This document shows positions 20,314 to 30,011 of a stretch of DNA of 64,000 nt, one piece after another. Origin of the DNA: Candidatus Aenigmatarchaeota archaeon. GTDB lineage: Archaea; Aenigmatarchaeota; Aenigmatarchaeia; CG10238-14; SpSt-28. Positions within the stretch are counted from its first letter, which is position 1; the number at the start of each line of letters is the position of its first letter. The notes under the pieces were generated by a model. That model worked only from the letters and a program-made list of their open reading frames with translations. It was not told where the DNA came from and did not search any database. A program made the position numbers and the translations under genes. The DNA lies in NCBI GenBank assembly GCA_036824555.1, contig DAISZX010000001.1:644-64643 (forward strand), given 5' to 3'.

Positions 20314-21578
20314 TACTGTATTTTTTCTCTTTCAAATAAATTCCTTTGTTGTATGAAAAGCCTTGCCTTAAAATCTGCTAATATTCCCATAAAATTCGCA
20401 AAAGCTTCTTCTGGAGTACCGAAACTACTAAAATATTTATGAACATCTCCATCAGCCCACCATTTATTACAAATGTAATAATAATGATCGCTTTGTTGCA
20501 AGAGCCTCCAAATTTTAATTAGTTCTTGATTTCCACACTTTTTAACGATTTTCTCCAAGTTCTTAACTTCTTCAAAAACAATTTGTTGCATTCTATTTCC
20601 CAACCAAGCTGATACATCCCTTTCCATATCAGCCCAAGAAACTGTTGAAAACTCGAAGACGTCAATCTCTCCAATGGGTTGATACTTCTCGATTACTTCG
20701 CTAGCCTTCAGGAATTCTAGGTTGTCATACCTCAAAACCATGTAGGGTAAAGCTCTCAAAAACCAAAATATTCCACTTTCCTCTGGTTGGTGCTCACCAA
20801 ATGTTTCGTAATCCATAAAAATGTTTATAACTTGACCTGGAGTAGCGCTTAGCCAGGCTGCATATTTTTCCGCTGTTAAGGGCCATTGATCCCAATTTCT
20901 TGCAGAGAATCTGTAACCAATGTCGTCACTCAACCTATAATTTCTCAACAGTACTCTTATTCTTTTGTCTGGGGTGGGGTCATTTGGATAGCAGTACTTT
21001 CTAATGTAGACATAATTTGGATTTCTCCATTGTAATATTCTCTCTGTGCCTTCTGTAAATATGGCTTTAAAACCTAAACTTTCAACAATTTTCGCAATCC
21101 TATTATTGTAAATCATTTCTGTATTAACAAAAACTTTTGGTTCAACACCAAAATAATCTCTTAGCATTTGCTTATGCATCTCTACTTGTTCTATAAATTC
21201 GTTTTCACTTTCATATAGACTAGCTAAAGAATGAAAGTATGTTTCTCCATAAAACTCAACTTCCTTTTTTTCTGCCAGTTGCTTGAACGTAGACAAAACA
21301 TCCTTGTTAAACTTTTCAGCGCTCTCAACAAAGGTTCCAGTTAGGCTAAAACCAATTTTAAACTTCTTTTTTTCATGCTTCATATTGTCAAGAATTTCTA
21401 GTAGTATGCGATTTGTTGGCAAATAGCATTTGTTTGCAACTCTATCAAAGATCCACTTATTGAGCCCGTTGTTAAAATACGAGTCAAACAATTTTCTATC
21501 TTCTATAAAACCATTCGCCTGAAAATTAGCAATTCTAAAAGGCTGATGTACCTGAAATGATAAAGTGACCGAGGGCAT
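20313..21578 (-). CDS. GH57 family glycoside hydrolase
   Basis: N-terminal LSFQVHQPFRI (HxHQP-like GH57 start); 421 aa. Confidence 0.55.
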   Translation of the reverse strand: MPSVTLSFQVHQPFRIANFQANGFIEDRKLFDSYFNNGLNKWIFDRVANKCYLPTNRILLEILDNMKHEKKKFKIGFSLTGTFVESAEKFNKDVLSTFKQLAEKKEVEFYGETYFHSLASLYESENEFIEQVEMHKQMLRDYFGVEPKVFVNTEMIYNNRIAKIVESLGFKAIFTEGTERILQWRNPNYVYIRKYCYPNDPTPDKRIRVLLRNYRLSDDIGYRFSARNWDQWPLTAEKYAAWLSATPGQVINIFMDYETFGEHQPEESGIFWFLRALPYMVLRYDNLEFLKASEVIEKYQPIGEIDVFEFSTVSWADMERDVSAWLGNRMQQIVFEEVKNLEKIVKKCGNQELIKIWRLLQQSDHYYYICNKWWADGDVHKYFSSFGTPEEAFANFMGILADFKARLFIQQRNLFEREKIQ

Positions 21579-21605
21579 AGATTACTTTTATCTTCGATAT
21601 AAAAA

Positions 21606-22085
21606 TCAGTAACTCCAATAGTATGAGAACCATCTTAACTCAGAACCAACTAAAGAAAGAAGAAGGGCTTTGAAGAATTTACCAATAAAGGTAGCAACTA
21701 AAAACTTTTTAATTTCATACTTTCCTATACCAGCAGAAATTCCAACAACATCGAAGGGAAACGGCAGGAATGCTGTAATTAGAATTGCAAAAAAGCCATA
21801 CTTCTTAAAGAGTTTTTCAAACTTTCTCAAACCCTTTTTGTGTTTACTTTCTAGTAATTTATTTCCACCCAGTCCTATAAAGTAGCTAGTTAGTTCTCCA
21901 ATCGACATCCCAGCTGCAGAAATTACGGCAAGTAGTAAGGGATTCATACCATATGCGGAGGAAAGGATAATTATCAAGTAGAGTGGAGCTGGCAGGAAAA
22001 TGGTGGATGTAGAAATAAGGCTTATTAAGAAAACTCCAAGATACCCGAAAGAAGGAAGTAAAATTTTTGCAAGAAGTTCTATCAT
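21606..22085 (-). CDS. integral membrane protein (possibly DedA/VTT family)
   Basis: 159 aa, 4-5 TM helices; weak resemblance only. Confidence 0.35.
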   Translation of the reverse strand: MIELLAKILLPSFGYLGVFLISLISTSTIFLPAPLYLIIILSSAYGMNPLLLAVISAAGMSIGELTSYFIGLGGNKLLESKHKKGLRKFEKLFKKYGFFAILITAFLPFPFDVVGISAGIGKYEIKKFLVATFIGKFFKALLLSLVGSELRWFSYYWSY

Positions 22086-22087
22086 AA

Positions 22088-22513
22088 TTATCCTATGTAG
22101 CCTTTATTCTCCTCTTTTTGCGCAGGTACTACCACGGGAAACGGTAATGGAGAAGGTAGTCTTATTTCATCCGCAAGAAATATTGCTAAGGTTAAGCATT
22201 TTTTGAAGAGAAAGTTCTTTACCTCTAGATCTGCACTTTCCGGCAGTCTCTTTTCTTTCTTCCACATTTTTATGGCATCTTTGACGTCCTTACCTTCATA
22301 TAGCAAATTCCCATGCATCTCTATTTTTCCAAAGCCCTCTTTATACTCTACAAAAAATTCAAAACCAATCTCCAACACTTTTTGCTTGTTAAGAATTTCT
22401 ATTTCTTTTTCCTCAACTGAAATCAATTTAACAGAAGATGAGATGTCAACCTTACCAGAAATTTCTTTTGTTTTGCTTGCTTCTATCTTTGTAAAATTGT
22501 ATCCAATTATCAT
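22088..22513 (-). CDS. hypothetical protein
   Basis: 141-aa ORF, 3-nt gap to upstream gene, no recognisable motif. Confidence 0.3.
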   Translation of the reverse strand: MIIGYNFTKIEASKTKEISGKVDISSSVKLISVEEKEIEILNKQKVLEIGFEFFVEYKEGFGKIEMHGNLLYEGKDVKDAIKMWKKEKRLPESADLEVKNFLFKKCLTLAIFLADEIRLPSPLPFPVVVPAQKEENKGYIG

Positions 22514-22562
22514 CCATTCAATTATTTTTTCAATTATTTAAGCCTAATTTTCTATTTTTTCG

Positions 22563-23381
22563 ATGAGAGAAGTCTTACTATTATCTATTTTTTTCTTTGC
22601 AGTATCAATTTTCTCAATATATCTCGGAATCTTAACGAGAGAAGCCATATTAAGTGGTAAAATAGAGCCAGTTTTTCAAAATCCTTCCGACTACAGAAAC
22701 TCTTTCTACCTTTTAATTCTGATTCTTATTGGTACTGCAATAATGCTGGCTCTAACAAAGATAAAGTTCGAGTTTATTAAAATTCTAGAAAATATTGCTC
22801 TCCTTTTTCTAATCTCTACAACATTCTCCTATTTTTTACCATCCCCCTTACAATTCCTACCTTCCCTATTACTAATAGCTCTATCTGAAGTAAGACCATC
22901 TTTCCTTCTAAAAAACGTTTGTCTACTTCTATCTGTTCCATCGGCTTCCGCAATAATAGGTGCGTCGCTAGACTACAGAGTGGTACTCCTGTTCTTCTTT
23001 GCCTTAACGCTCTACGATATAATTTCTGTTTTTTTGACGAAGCATATGGTTTATCTTGCAGAAAAGTTGATAGAAAAGCCCACTGCTTTAATTTCTGTTT
23101 TCCCTTCAGGAAAAGTGAGAAACGTAAGATTTGGTAAGGGCGTGAAAAAAATTGGGGTAATCGCACTTGGTGCCGGAGACTATTTCATGCCATCTTCTTT
23201 CTCCGTTTCCCTATTACAATTGGGAATAAAACATGCTTTATTTCCGCTCTTCTTTAATACAATAGCTTTATTTGTTTTGTTTTATTTACTAAGTAAAAGG
23301 AAAATTACGAGACCCCTACCAGCCATACCTTTCTTATTCCTCTCATCTTTGGCAGCCTTATTCGTTTCATTTTATCTCTAG
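22563..23381 (+). CDS. presenilin/signal-peptide-peptidase-like intramembrane aspartyl protease (A22 family)
   Basis: polytopic membrane protein with LYD (about aa 151), GAGD (GxGD, about aa 204) and PAIP (PAL-like, about aa 252) in the canonical order and spacing. Confidence 0.55.
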   Translation: MREVLLLSIFFFAVSIFSIYLGILTREAILSGKIEPVFQNPSDYRNSFYLLILILIGTAIMLALTKIKFEFIKILENIALLFLISTTFSYFLPSPLQFLPSLLLIALSEVRPSFLLKNVCLLLSVPSASAIIGASLDYRVVLLFFFALTLYDIISVFLTKHMVYLAEKLIEKPTALISVFPSGKVRNVRFGKGVKKIGVIALGAGDYFMPSSFSVSLLQLGIKHALFPLFFNTIALFVLFYLLSKRKITRPLPAIPFLFLSSLAALFVSFYL

Positions 23382-23414
23382 TTTATATTTTTAAACCATG
23401 GAATAAAAATTCTA

Positions 23415-23849
23415 TTGATGAAAACAAAGCTGATAGATAAGTTGTTTGAAATCTTTGGAAATGAGGAAAGAAAGAGAAGGATTGAAAAAATAAAGGAAAG
23501 GGTCTACGAGGCATTATCATTACCGACAATCATATTGTTTGGGCTTTTGATAAAAATCTTACTCTCATTCGTAGGTTGGGTTAAGGCATTATTAATCTCT
23601 TGGGGAATCTTGGATGGTGTTATCTCTAACTATATTTACAGGGAGGAAAAGTTTTTCCCCTATCAATTCCTACGGTATGGAAGGATAATAGCTAACTTAG
23701 GTGGAATAATTTCTCCGGTACTTCCAATAATCTGGAATATATCCGACGGAATCTACAGTATGATCATCTACGAAAAGGCGCATCCCGTTGAGAACCTTTC
23801 GAGGCTCGGTAGAGTTCTGAACGGAGCAATGTTTGTTGCGTTAGCCTAG
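23415..23849 (+). CDS. hypothetical membrane protein
   Basis: 144 aa, 3 hydrophobic helices. Confidence 0.3.
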   Translation: MMKTKLIDKLFEIFGNEERKRRIEKIKERVYEALSLPTIILFGLLIKILLSFVGWVKALLISWGILDGVISNYIYREEKFFPYQFLRYGRIIANLGGIISPVLPIIWNISDGIYSMIIYEKAHPVENLSRLGRVLNGAMFVALA

Positions 23850-23898
23850 AATTTATAAGAATAGGACATTAAGAAATAAATTATATTGGAGCTTTGAG

Positions 23899-24011
23899 AG
23901 CCCCGTCGTCTAGCGGCCAAGGATACCGGGCTTTGGTCTATTCAACCAAAGCTTTGATAAAGGATGATAGGAAGAAACCCGGGGACGGCGGTTCGAATCC
24001 GCCCGGGGCTA
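23899..24011 (+). tRNA. tRNA-Gln (anticodon TTG) with about 41-nt intron after position 37
   Basis: hand fold: acceptor AGCCCCG/CGGGGCT, A73, anticodon stem CCGGG/CCCGG, loop CTTTGG, intron containing CCAAAGCTTTG that pairs the loop, T-arm GGCGG-TTCGAAT-CCGCC. Confidence 0.7.
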
Positions 24012-24012
24012 T

Positions 24013-24588
24013 TCACCTAACAAAAATTCTATGTCTTTCTTCCTTATTTTGAATTTCCTGCAATACCCTTTTTACAATCATTCTTTTTGGATCTGGTATC
24101 ATTTCAACTCTTCTTTTTATGTCCTCGAAAGATTCGAAAGGTTTCTTTTTCCTTTCTTGAAGTATATTGAACAAGTGTTTTTTACCTAAGCCAGGCAAGA
24201 GCTCTAGAGAATGCATTCTGGGAGAAAGGGGGGTGGCAGTATTAAAGAAATTAACAAACCTACTCTCATTCTTTTCAACAATTTCAGATACCACTTCTTC
24301 TAGTGTATTTTTTGCAAGGCTTGTTAATTCATCATAAGTTATTCTCCTCTTAATGTATTCAACCACATCTCTCTTACCACTTCCAATATAAAGTCTATCC
24401 TTAGGTTTAACTTGGGCATCCCTCTTTACTACAACCTCAAGTAAAGAAAAATATGTTTCACCAATACCTTGTACAGTCGGCTCAGGCCTCTTATCTGTGG
24501 CTTTCCCCATCGGAAGAAAGTCTAGAACTATCAAATATTCTTCTTTGACCAAGAACATCACCCTACAAGAACTTCTTAACAATTTCAA
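24013..24588 (-). CDS. DUF655-family HhH nucleic-acid-binding protein (conserved partner of RpoF/L21e)
   Basis: 191 aa with LPGLGKKHLFNIL helix-hairpin-helix; conserved gene order L21e-RpoF-DUF655 in archaea. Confidence 0.6.
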   Translation of the reverse strand: MKLLRSSCRVMFLVKEEYLIVLDFLPMGKATDKRPEPTVQGIGETYFSLLEVVVKRDAQVKPKDRLYIGSGKRDVVEYIKRRITYDELTSLAKNTLEEVVSEIVEKNESRFVNFFNTATPLSPRMHSLELLPGLGKKHLFNILQERKKKPFESFEDIKRRVEMIPDPKRMIVKRVLQEIQNKEERHRIFVR

Positions 24589-24904
24589 GTATGGAGTTTA
24601 ATTCCGAATCTTCAAACAAAGTGTAATCTTTGTAAAGTATTGTTCTGAGTTCATCCTTTGTTGTTGGTAAGAAGTTACATATTTGAACGACATGTTCACT
24701 CTTCAATTTTTTTATTTTAGAAAGCTCCTCCTTCAACTTTTGAACTTCCTTAACACTCAATTTTGTAAATTTTGAAAGATGCTCTATTGCATTATTTTGC
24801 TCATACCCCAAATTTTTAGTTTTCTTAGCTTTTTTATCCATTATTTCTTTTGCTTCAGCAAACGTTATTGGCTCTTCAGATAATACTTCCATAATTATCT
24901 CCAA
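24563..24904 (-). CDS. rpoF: DNA-directed RNA polymerase subunit F (Rpo4/RpoF)
   Basis: 113 aa acidic helical protein between L21e and DUF655; size and context typical of RpoF. Confidence 0.6.
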   Translation of the reverse strand: MEIIMEVLSEEPITFAEAKEIMDKKAKKTKNLGYEQNNAIEHLSKFTKLSVKEVQKLKEELSKIKKLKSEHVVQICNFLPTTKDELRTILYKDYTLFEDSELNSILEIVKKFL

Positions 24905-24919
24905 TCTTTAATTATCTTC

Positions 24920-25213
24920 TTACTTTAAAAGTAGAGGCTTCAAATGTTCTGGTCTAGAGATTATTTTTTTCTCCTTACCACCAACCTTAACTTTTACAAC
25001 GTATGCTCTTCCCCTCTTTTCTATTACCTCTCCTACCATTCCTTTAAATCTTGAAAATGGCATTCCTTTAAAGCTCGAGGGTTCCTGCTCTATTACGACC
25101 TTTTCTCCTATTTCAAATTTTTGAATGAATTTTGTAATAGTTGGTCTATACCTAGCTTCTCTTGCCAACTTCTTCCTCGTTTTTACCCTAAATCCTTGGG
25201 ACTTCTTCACCAT
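24920..25213 (-). CDS. rpl21e: 50S ribosomal protein L21e
   Basis: MVKKSQGFRVKTRKKL... L21e N-terminus; 97 aa. Confidence 0.9.
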   Translation of the reverse strand: MVKKSQGFRVKTRKKLAREARYRPTITKFIQKFEIGEKVVIEQEPSSFKGMPFSRFKGMVGEVIEKRGRAYVVKVKVGGKEKKIISRPEHLKPLLLK

Positions 25214-25228
25214 TTTATCCCTCTATGT

Positions 25229-25759
25229 TTATACTAATAAATCTTTTCTTAATTGCTCATAGACACCTGGATTAAAAAATCTAACTATCTCTAATGCAAA
25301 TTCTATTGCTGTTCCAGGACCTTGAGATGTTATAACGTTTTTATCAACCACTACTCTTTCATCAACAAAATTCTTTATCTTATCCTTCATCATAGGATAA
25401 CAAGTAGCTTTCTTCCCCTCCAATATCCCTATTTTTTCTAATATCGTTGGAGAGGCACAAATGGCTGCTACAAGCTTACCCTTATTGTTTAAGGCCTTAA
25501 CAAAGTTTAAAACTTGTTGGTTGTTTTCTAGATTTTTATATCCCGGGTTCCCTCCTGGTAAAACAATTCCATCATAATCTTCAGGCTTAACATCGCTAAT
25601 CGTCTTATCGCATAGAACTCTTATCCCATTCCTTCCAGTAACAACTTCATCTTCGATGCCAACAACATCAACCTTTATTCCACCCCTCCTCAGAACATCT
25701 ATTACGGCAACAGCTTCAATCTCCTCAAAACCCTCGGCAAGAGGAACCATCAACCTCAT
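25229..25759 (-). CDS. DJ-1/PfpI family protein
   Basis: DGIVLPGG...AAICASP nucleophile-elbow Cys motif; true start probably MVPLAEG. Confidence 0.85.
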   Translation of the reverse strand: MRLMVPLAEGFEEIEAVAVIDVLRRGGIKVDVVGIEDEVVTGRNGIRVLCDKTISDVKPEDYDGIVLPGGNPGYKNLENNQQVLNFVKALNNKGKLVAAICASPTILEKIGILEGKKATCYPMMKDKIKNFVDERVVVDKNVITSQGPGTAIEFALEIVRFFNPGVYEQLRKDLLV

Positions 25760-27034
25760 TCACTCACCCCTGTGAATCTTGATAACATCCAATAAAATCT
25801 TTTTTGGAGTGTTATTTAAAATTTCGCTAACGTTCGGCTTAGTTCTACCATTGTCTCCGCTTATAAGCTCCTTCACGTAAAGTCCTGCAGAAGTCCTGAT
25901 TATCAACTCTAGCGTTTTTTTGTTTATCAGCTTATACGAAATCTTTATCACTCTTCTCTTCCTTTCTTTATCAGCTCTCCTAGCTAAAACTCTTGTTGGT
26001 GTCTTTTGAAATATTATAGCTCCGTTCAACTTCTTCAACTCCTTAACTTTTTCCTCATCTATTTCTCTTTCAAAAACTACAATAGCTTTGTAAGTTTTCT
26101 CCGACCTCTCTGTCTTTATCTTTCTTATTAGCTGCTTTCCATTTTCTATTATCCTTAGATTTCTAACCTTAACTTTTTTCGACTTGTTTATAGTTTTTTC
26201 AATTTTTTTCAAGTCTATTTTCCTTATCTTTGGCTTAACAATCTCTATAACAAAAGGCCTCCAAGCTAAGCATCTCGCATCAATATCCTCTCTGCCCTCT
26301 GCATGTATCTTGCTTTTTTTCCCTTTCGAGGCTTTTAGTAATGGCTTTTCTATTATCATTTGAACTGAAGTTGGATACAATAAACCCTTACCCTTACACT
26401 TTTCACATCCCTTACCCTTACAATTAGGACAATACCAGGTTGCCTGTGGTATGTTTCTTGAGAGCTTTTGATATTCTCCATAAACATAAAGGCTTTTTAC
26501 TTGTAAGCTTATGACATCTTTTTCTAAGTCAACTAAAACTGTTATGTCTGCATTTTCTCTATCAGCTTTTTTCCCCATCTTATTTTCTATAATTTTTCCA
26601 ATCTCTCTATTCAAAGTAGACTTCAAAGACTCATAAAATTCTGCTCCAATTTCTTCTATCATTTCCTCTTCTTTTTGTAATAGTTCTGGAGATAATTTTG
26701 TTCCTATCAGAAATGTGTTGAACTCGTACTCTTTTAATTTTTCCATTATCTTATTTGCAATTTCCCAAATTCTAGAGAAAATATCTCCGCAGAAATAGCA
26801 CGATTTTTTAGTTGCTTCAAATTTTCTATTTCTAAAATTTATTCCATGAAAGTTGCTTAAGTCAATATCAAGATTTTCTCCAGAATCAAAAATCATGGCC
26901 AAAAATTTCCTTATTATTTCCCCCCTCTCGTTATTAGATTTTCCAGTTAGCAAATTGCCAAAAGCTCTTCCCAAGCAGTAATCACAAACGTAACCTTTTT
27001 TCATTAGTCTCAAAGCGTTTTCTACTATCTTCAT
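25760..27034 (-). CDS. pus10: tRNA pseudouridine(54/55) synthase Pus10
   Basis: N-terminal CDYCLGR zinc motif plus CPNCKGKGCEKCKGKG zinc ribbon, THUMP-like region and 424-aa length as in archaeal Pus10. Confidence 0.75.
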   Translation of the reverse strand: MKIVENALRLMKKGYVCDYCLGRAFGNLLTGKSNNERGEIIRKFLAMIFDSGENLDIDLSNFHGINFRNRKFEATKKSCYFCGDIFSRIWEIANKIMEKLKEYEFNTFLIGTKLSPELLQKEEEMIEEIGAEFYESLKSTLNREIGKIIENKMGKKADRENADITVLVDLEKDVISLQVKSLYVYGEYQKLSRNIPQATWYCPNCKGKGCEKCKGKGLLYPTSVQMIIEKPLLKASKGKKSKIHAEGREDIDARCLAWRPFVIEIVKPKIRKIDLKKIEKTINKSKKVKVRNLRIIENGKQLIRKIKTERSEKTYKAIVVFEREIDEEKVKELKKLNGAIIFQKTPTRVLARRADKERKRRVIKISYKLINKKTLELIIRTSAGLYVKELISGDNGRTKPNVSEILNNTPKKILLDVIKIHRGE

Positions 27035-27618
27035 AATCCTCTCCTGTCCATTTCATAGTTCACAATTGCTATGACTTGGGAACTGAGATACTCTATTTTT
27101 CCAATCGATATCTTTTTTATACCGTTTCTTAAAAGAAATGCCTCCTCCTTTTTCGGTATACCTTTGTTATCCCCTAAAATAAAAACTGCGTTGTTCTTTA
27201 TTTCAACATTCCTTATATCCTCCCCATCAGCATGCAAATAAAAAACATTTTCATTACCATACTCCTTAACTTTATCCTTCACCACTTCCTCAAAGCTTTT
27301 TTTCTCTACGTATATCCCGGCTTCCGAGCTATTTTTCCCAATCCCAAAATTCCTTATTGCTATCTTTATATGGGATGCTATATTCCTTTCATCTGGCGAA
27401 ACATTTTTCAGTTCATTTGTAAAGAAAGTTATTGTTAATGGCGGAGAGGGTGGTCCATTGAGTATTACATGAAACTTAACATCTTTTCTCAAGGAATATG
27501 ATAAAAATATTGCAGTTGAAACGCATCTAGCTACTAAATCCATTCTCCCGGCGTTTGGTAAATCGTTAAGCTTAAAATCTTTGGTTACTCCTCTAGAGAA
27601 TAATATAAATTCTCTCAT
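27031..27618 (-). CDS. trmY: tRNA (pseudouridine54-N1)-methyltransferase TrmY (SPOUT, DUF358)
   Basis: MREFILFS...LNDLPNAGRMDLVARCVSTAIFLS...SPDERNIA...YLHADGEDIRNVEI closely tracks M. jannaschii TrmY; overlaps pus10 stop by 4 nt. Confidence 0.8.
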   Translation of the reverse strand: MREFILFSRGVTKDFKLNDLPNAGRMDLVARCVSTAIFLSYSLRKDVKFHVILNGPPSPPLTITFFTNELKNVSPDERNIASHIKIAIRNFGIGKNSSEAGIYVEKKSFEEVVKDKVKEYGNENVFYLHADGEDIRNVEIKNNAVFILGDNKGIPKKEEAFLLRNGIKKISIGKIEYLSSQVIAIVNYEMDRRGL

Positions 27619-28916
27619 AATCTCAAACCAAATCTTTTCATAATTTGCTCTAGTTGACCTCTCTTTAAACCCTTAATTCCACCAATACTCTTCATAACTT
27701 TCCTCATCTTAAAGTATTGATCTAAGAGCTCTCTAACTTCTTCTTCTTTCGTTCCACTCCCCCTAGCAATTCTTCTTATCCTGCTTTCATTTATTATTTC
27801 TGGATTTTTCCTTTCTTCTGGAGTCATTGATTGTATCATATATTTCCATTTTTTCATCTTCTCCTCTTGCTGTTTTAATAAATCCTTTGGTAAACTAAAT
27901 CCTGGAATCATTGATATTATGTTGGAAAGAGGCCCCATGCTCCTTATCGACTCTATTTGTTCGACAAAGTCCTCGAGGCTAAATTCTCCCTCTACAATTT
28001 TCTCAATTTTCTCTGGTTTAACTACTTCTCTTGCCTTCTCTAACAGAGTTTCTAAGTCACCAAGTCCAAGCATTCTTGAAACAAACCTTTTTGGGTCATA
28101 CTTTTCAAATGCATCAAATTTTTCCCCAGTGCCAATGAACTTAACTTTAGCTCCAGTAACACTGCAGGCAGCTATCGCTGCCCCACCCTTTGCTGACGAA
28201 TCCATTTTTGTTATTATTATACCAGTTATCCCAACAAGCCTATTAAACTCTTCAGCTTGCTTTCTTGCTACCTTTCCTATATCAGCTGGCAAAACCAATA
28301 AAACTTCATCAGGCTTTACTATTTCTCCTAATTTTTTTAACTCCTCAGCTAGTTCCTTATCTAAGGCATCCCTACCAGCAGTATCGTAGATAATATAATC
28401 GTAGTCCTTGAGCTTCTCCAAACTTTCTCTTGCAGTTTCAAAAGCGTCCTTACCGATTAAAAATTTAACGTTTATTTTTTCCGCAATTTGTTTTAGTTGT
28501 TCAAAAGCTGCAGGCCTATGATAATCCAGACAAACTAAAGCCACTTTACCCCTCTTTTTCAAATAGTAAGCTAATTTTCCTGCGGTGGTAGTTTTTCCAC
28601 TTCCGAAAAGACCAATTAACATTATTCTCTTTCCATTGATATCGCTAGCCTCTCTGCCAAGAATTGAAACTAATTCATCGTAAACAACTTTAATCAAGTA
28701 CTCTTTCAGCGTTAAACCTTCAGGAATTTTTTCCTTTAAAACCTTGTTTCTAACTTTTTCAACAAAGTTGTTAGTTATGTCGATATCAACGTCTGATTGT
28801 AGGAAAATAATCTTAAGTTCTTTCAAGAAATCCTCTATGCTTTTCTCATCAACGCTACTTTTCCCAATTATTTTTCTAATTGCGTTTTTCAGTCCTTCAG
28901 AGAATGTTTCTAACAT
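27615..28916 (-). CDS. srp54: signal recognition particle protein SRP54
   Basis: GLFGSGKTTTAGKLA P-loop, DTAGR, C-terminal Met-rich M domain; 433 aa. Confidence 0.95.
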   Translation of the reverse strand: MLETFSEGLKNAIRKIIGKSSVDEKSIEDFLKELKIIFLQSDVDIDITNNFVEKVRNKVLKEKIPEGLTLKEYLIKVVYDELVSILGREASDINGKRIMLIGLFGSGKTTTAGKLAYYLKKRGKVALVCLDYHRPAAFEQLKQIAEKINVKFLIGKDAFETARESLEKLKDYDYIIYDTAGRDALDKELAEELKKLGEIVKPDEVLLVLPADIGKVARKQAEEFNRLVGITGIIITKMDSSAKGGAAIAACSVTGAKVKFIGTGEKFDAFEKYDPKRFVSRMLGLGDLETLLEKAREVVKPEKIEKIVEGEFSLEDFVEQIESIRSMGPLSNIISMIPGFSLPKDLLKQQEEKMKKWKYMIQSMTPEERKNPEIINESRIRRIARGSGTKEEEVRELLDQYFKMRKVMKSIGGIKGLKRGQLEQIMKRFGLRL

Positions 28917-28949
28917 AAATCAATCTTCCCTTTTAACAATTTATTCGGC

Positions 28950-30011
28950 TTAAAAGCTTAGCAAATTATCTAGAAACTCTTCTTTATCAAAGTATTTGAT
29001 ATCTTCGTAATTTTGGCCATTACAAATGAAAAGTATAGGTTTTTTTAACAAGTAAGAAACTGAAAGTATTGCTCCCCCCTTTTCATTAACATCTAGCTTA
29101 GTGAATATCAATGCGTCAACTCCAACCTCGTTAAAAAATTTTGCTTGATTTAGGGCATCATTTCCAGTTAAGCTATCTATAACTAAAACTTTTAAATCTG
29201 GCTTATTAACTCTAACAATTTTTTTCAATTCCTCCATTAAGTTCTCATTCGTATAACTTCTGCCGGCAGTATCCGCAAGTACTACATCTATCCTTTTCGA
29301 TTCGGCATGCTTTTTTGCATCAAATATGACTGCAGCAGGGTCAGCACCATATCTTTGCTTTATAACAGTTAAACCAATTTTCTTTGCATGTTCTTCCAGC
29401 TGCTCAATAGAAGCCGCCCTAAACGTATCTCCAGCAGCCATAACACAGCTAAATCCTCTCTTTGATAAAAAATTTGCAACTTTTGCTATGGTAGTTGTTT
29501 TTCCAGAGCCATTAAAGCCGAAGAATACTATCAAGTAAGGTCTTTTTCTTCTTATTTCATCTTCCAAATTTATTTTTGGCAAATCCAAAATCTCACTCAA
29601 ACTCTTTCTTATGGCACTGACTACGAATTCTTTTTCCTTACCCCTCTTTATTTCTTTTCCCTCCAATTCATTAATCAAATCCTCTTTTATCTTTCTTGCG
29701 ACTTCATAAGCAACGTCTGCTTCTAAAAGCTCTATTTCTAAGTTGCTTAGGATTGGCTCTAAATCTTCTCTTTTCAATCTTTTCTCTAAAACTTTTTTTA
29801 CTATTTTCTCCTTAAGCTCAGAAAATAGGTTTTTGTTCTTCCTAACTTCTCTTACCTCTTCCTCTATTTCTGGTATCTTACTCTCAATTTTCTCTTCAAT
29901 TATCACCTCAGGCCTTTTTACAATTTTCTCTTTCTCTTCTTCTATCTCTTTCTGCTTACCAGCTATCTTTTCGGCTATTTCTTTAAATTTTTTCTTCAGA
30001 AAATCAAACAT
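28950..30011 (-). CDS. ftsY: signal recognition particle receptor FtsY
   Basis: FFGFNGSGKTTTIAKVA, DTAGR, SRP-type GTPase; acidic coiled N-terminus. Confidence 0.9.
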   Translation of the reverse strand: MFDFLKKKFKEIAEKIAGKQKEIEEEKEKIVKRPEVIIEEKIESKIPEIEEEVREVRKNKNLFSELKEKIVKKVLEKRLKREDLEPILSNLEIELLEADVAYEVARKIKEDLINELEGKEIKRGKEKEFVVSAIRKSLSEILDLPKINLEDEIRRKRPYLIVFFGFNGSGKTTTIAKVANFLSKRGFSCVMAAGDTFRAASIEQLEEHAKKIGLTVIKQRYGADPAAVIFDAKKHAESKRIDVVLADTAGRSYTNENLMEELKKIVRVNKPDLKVLVIDSLTGNDALNQAKFFNEVGVDALIFTKLDVNEKGGAILSVSYLLKKPILFICNGQNYEDIKYFDKEEFLDNLLSF

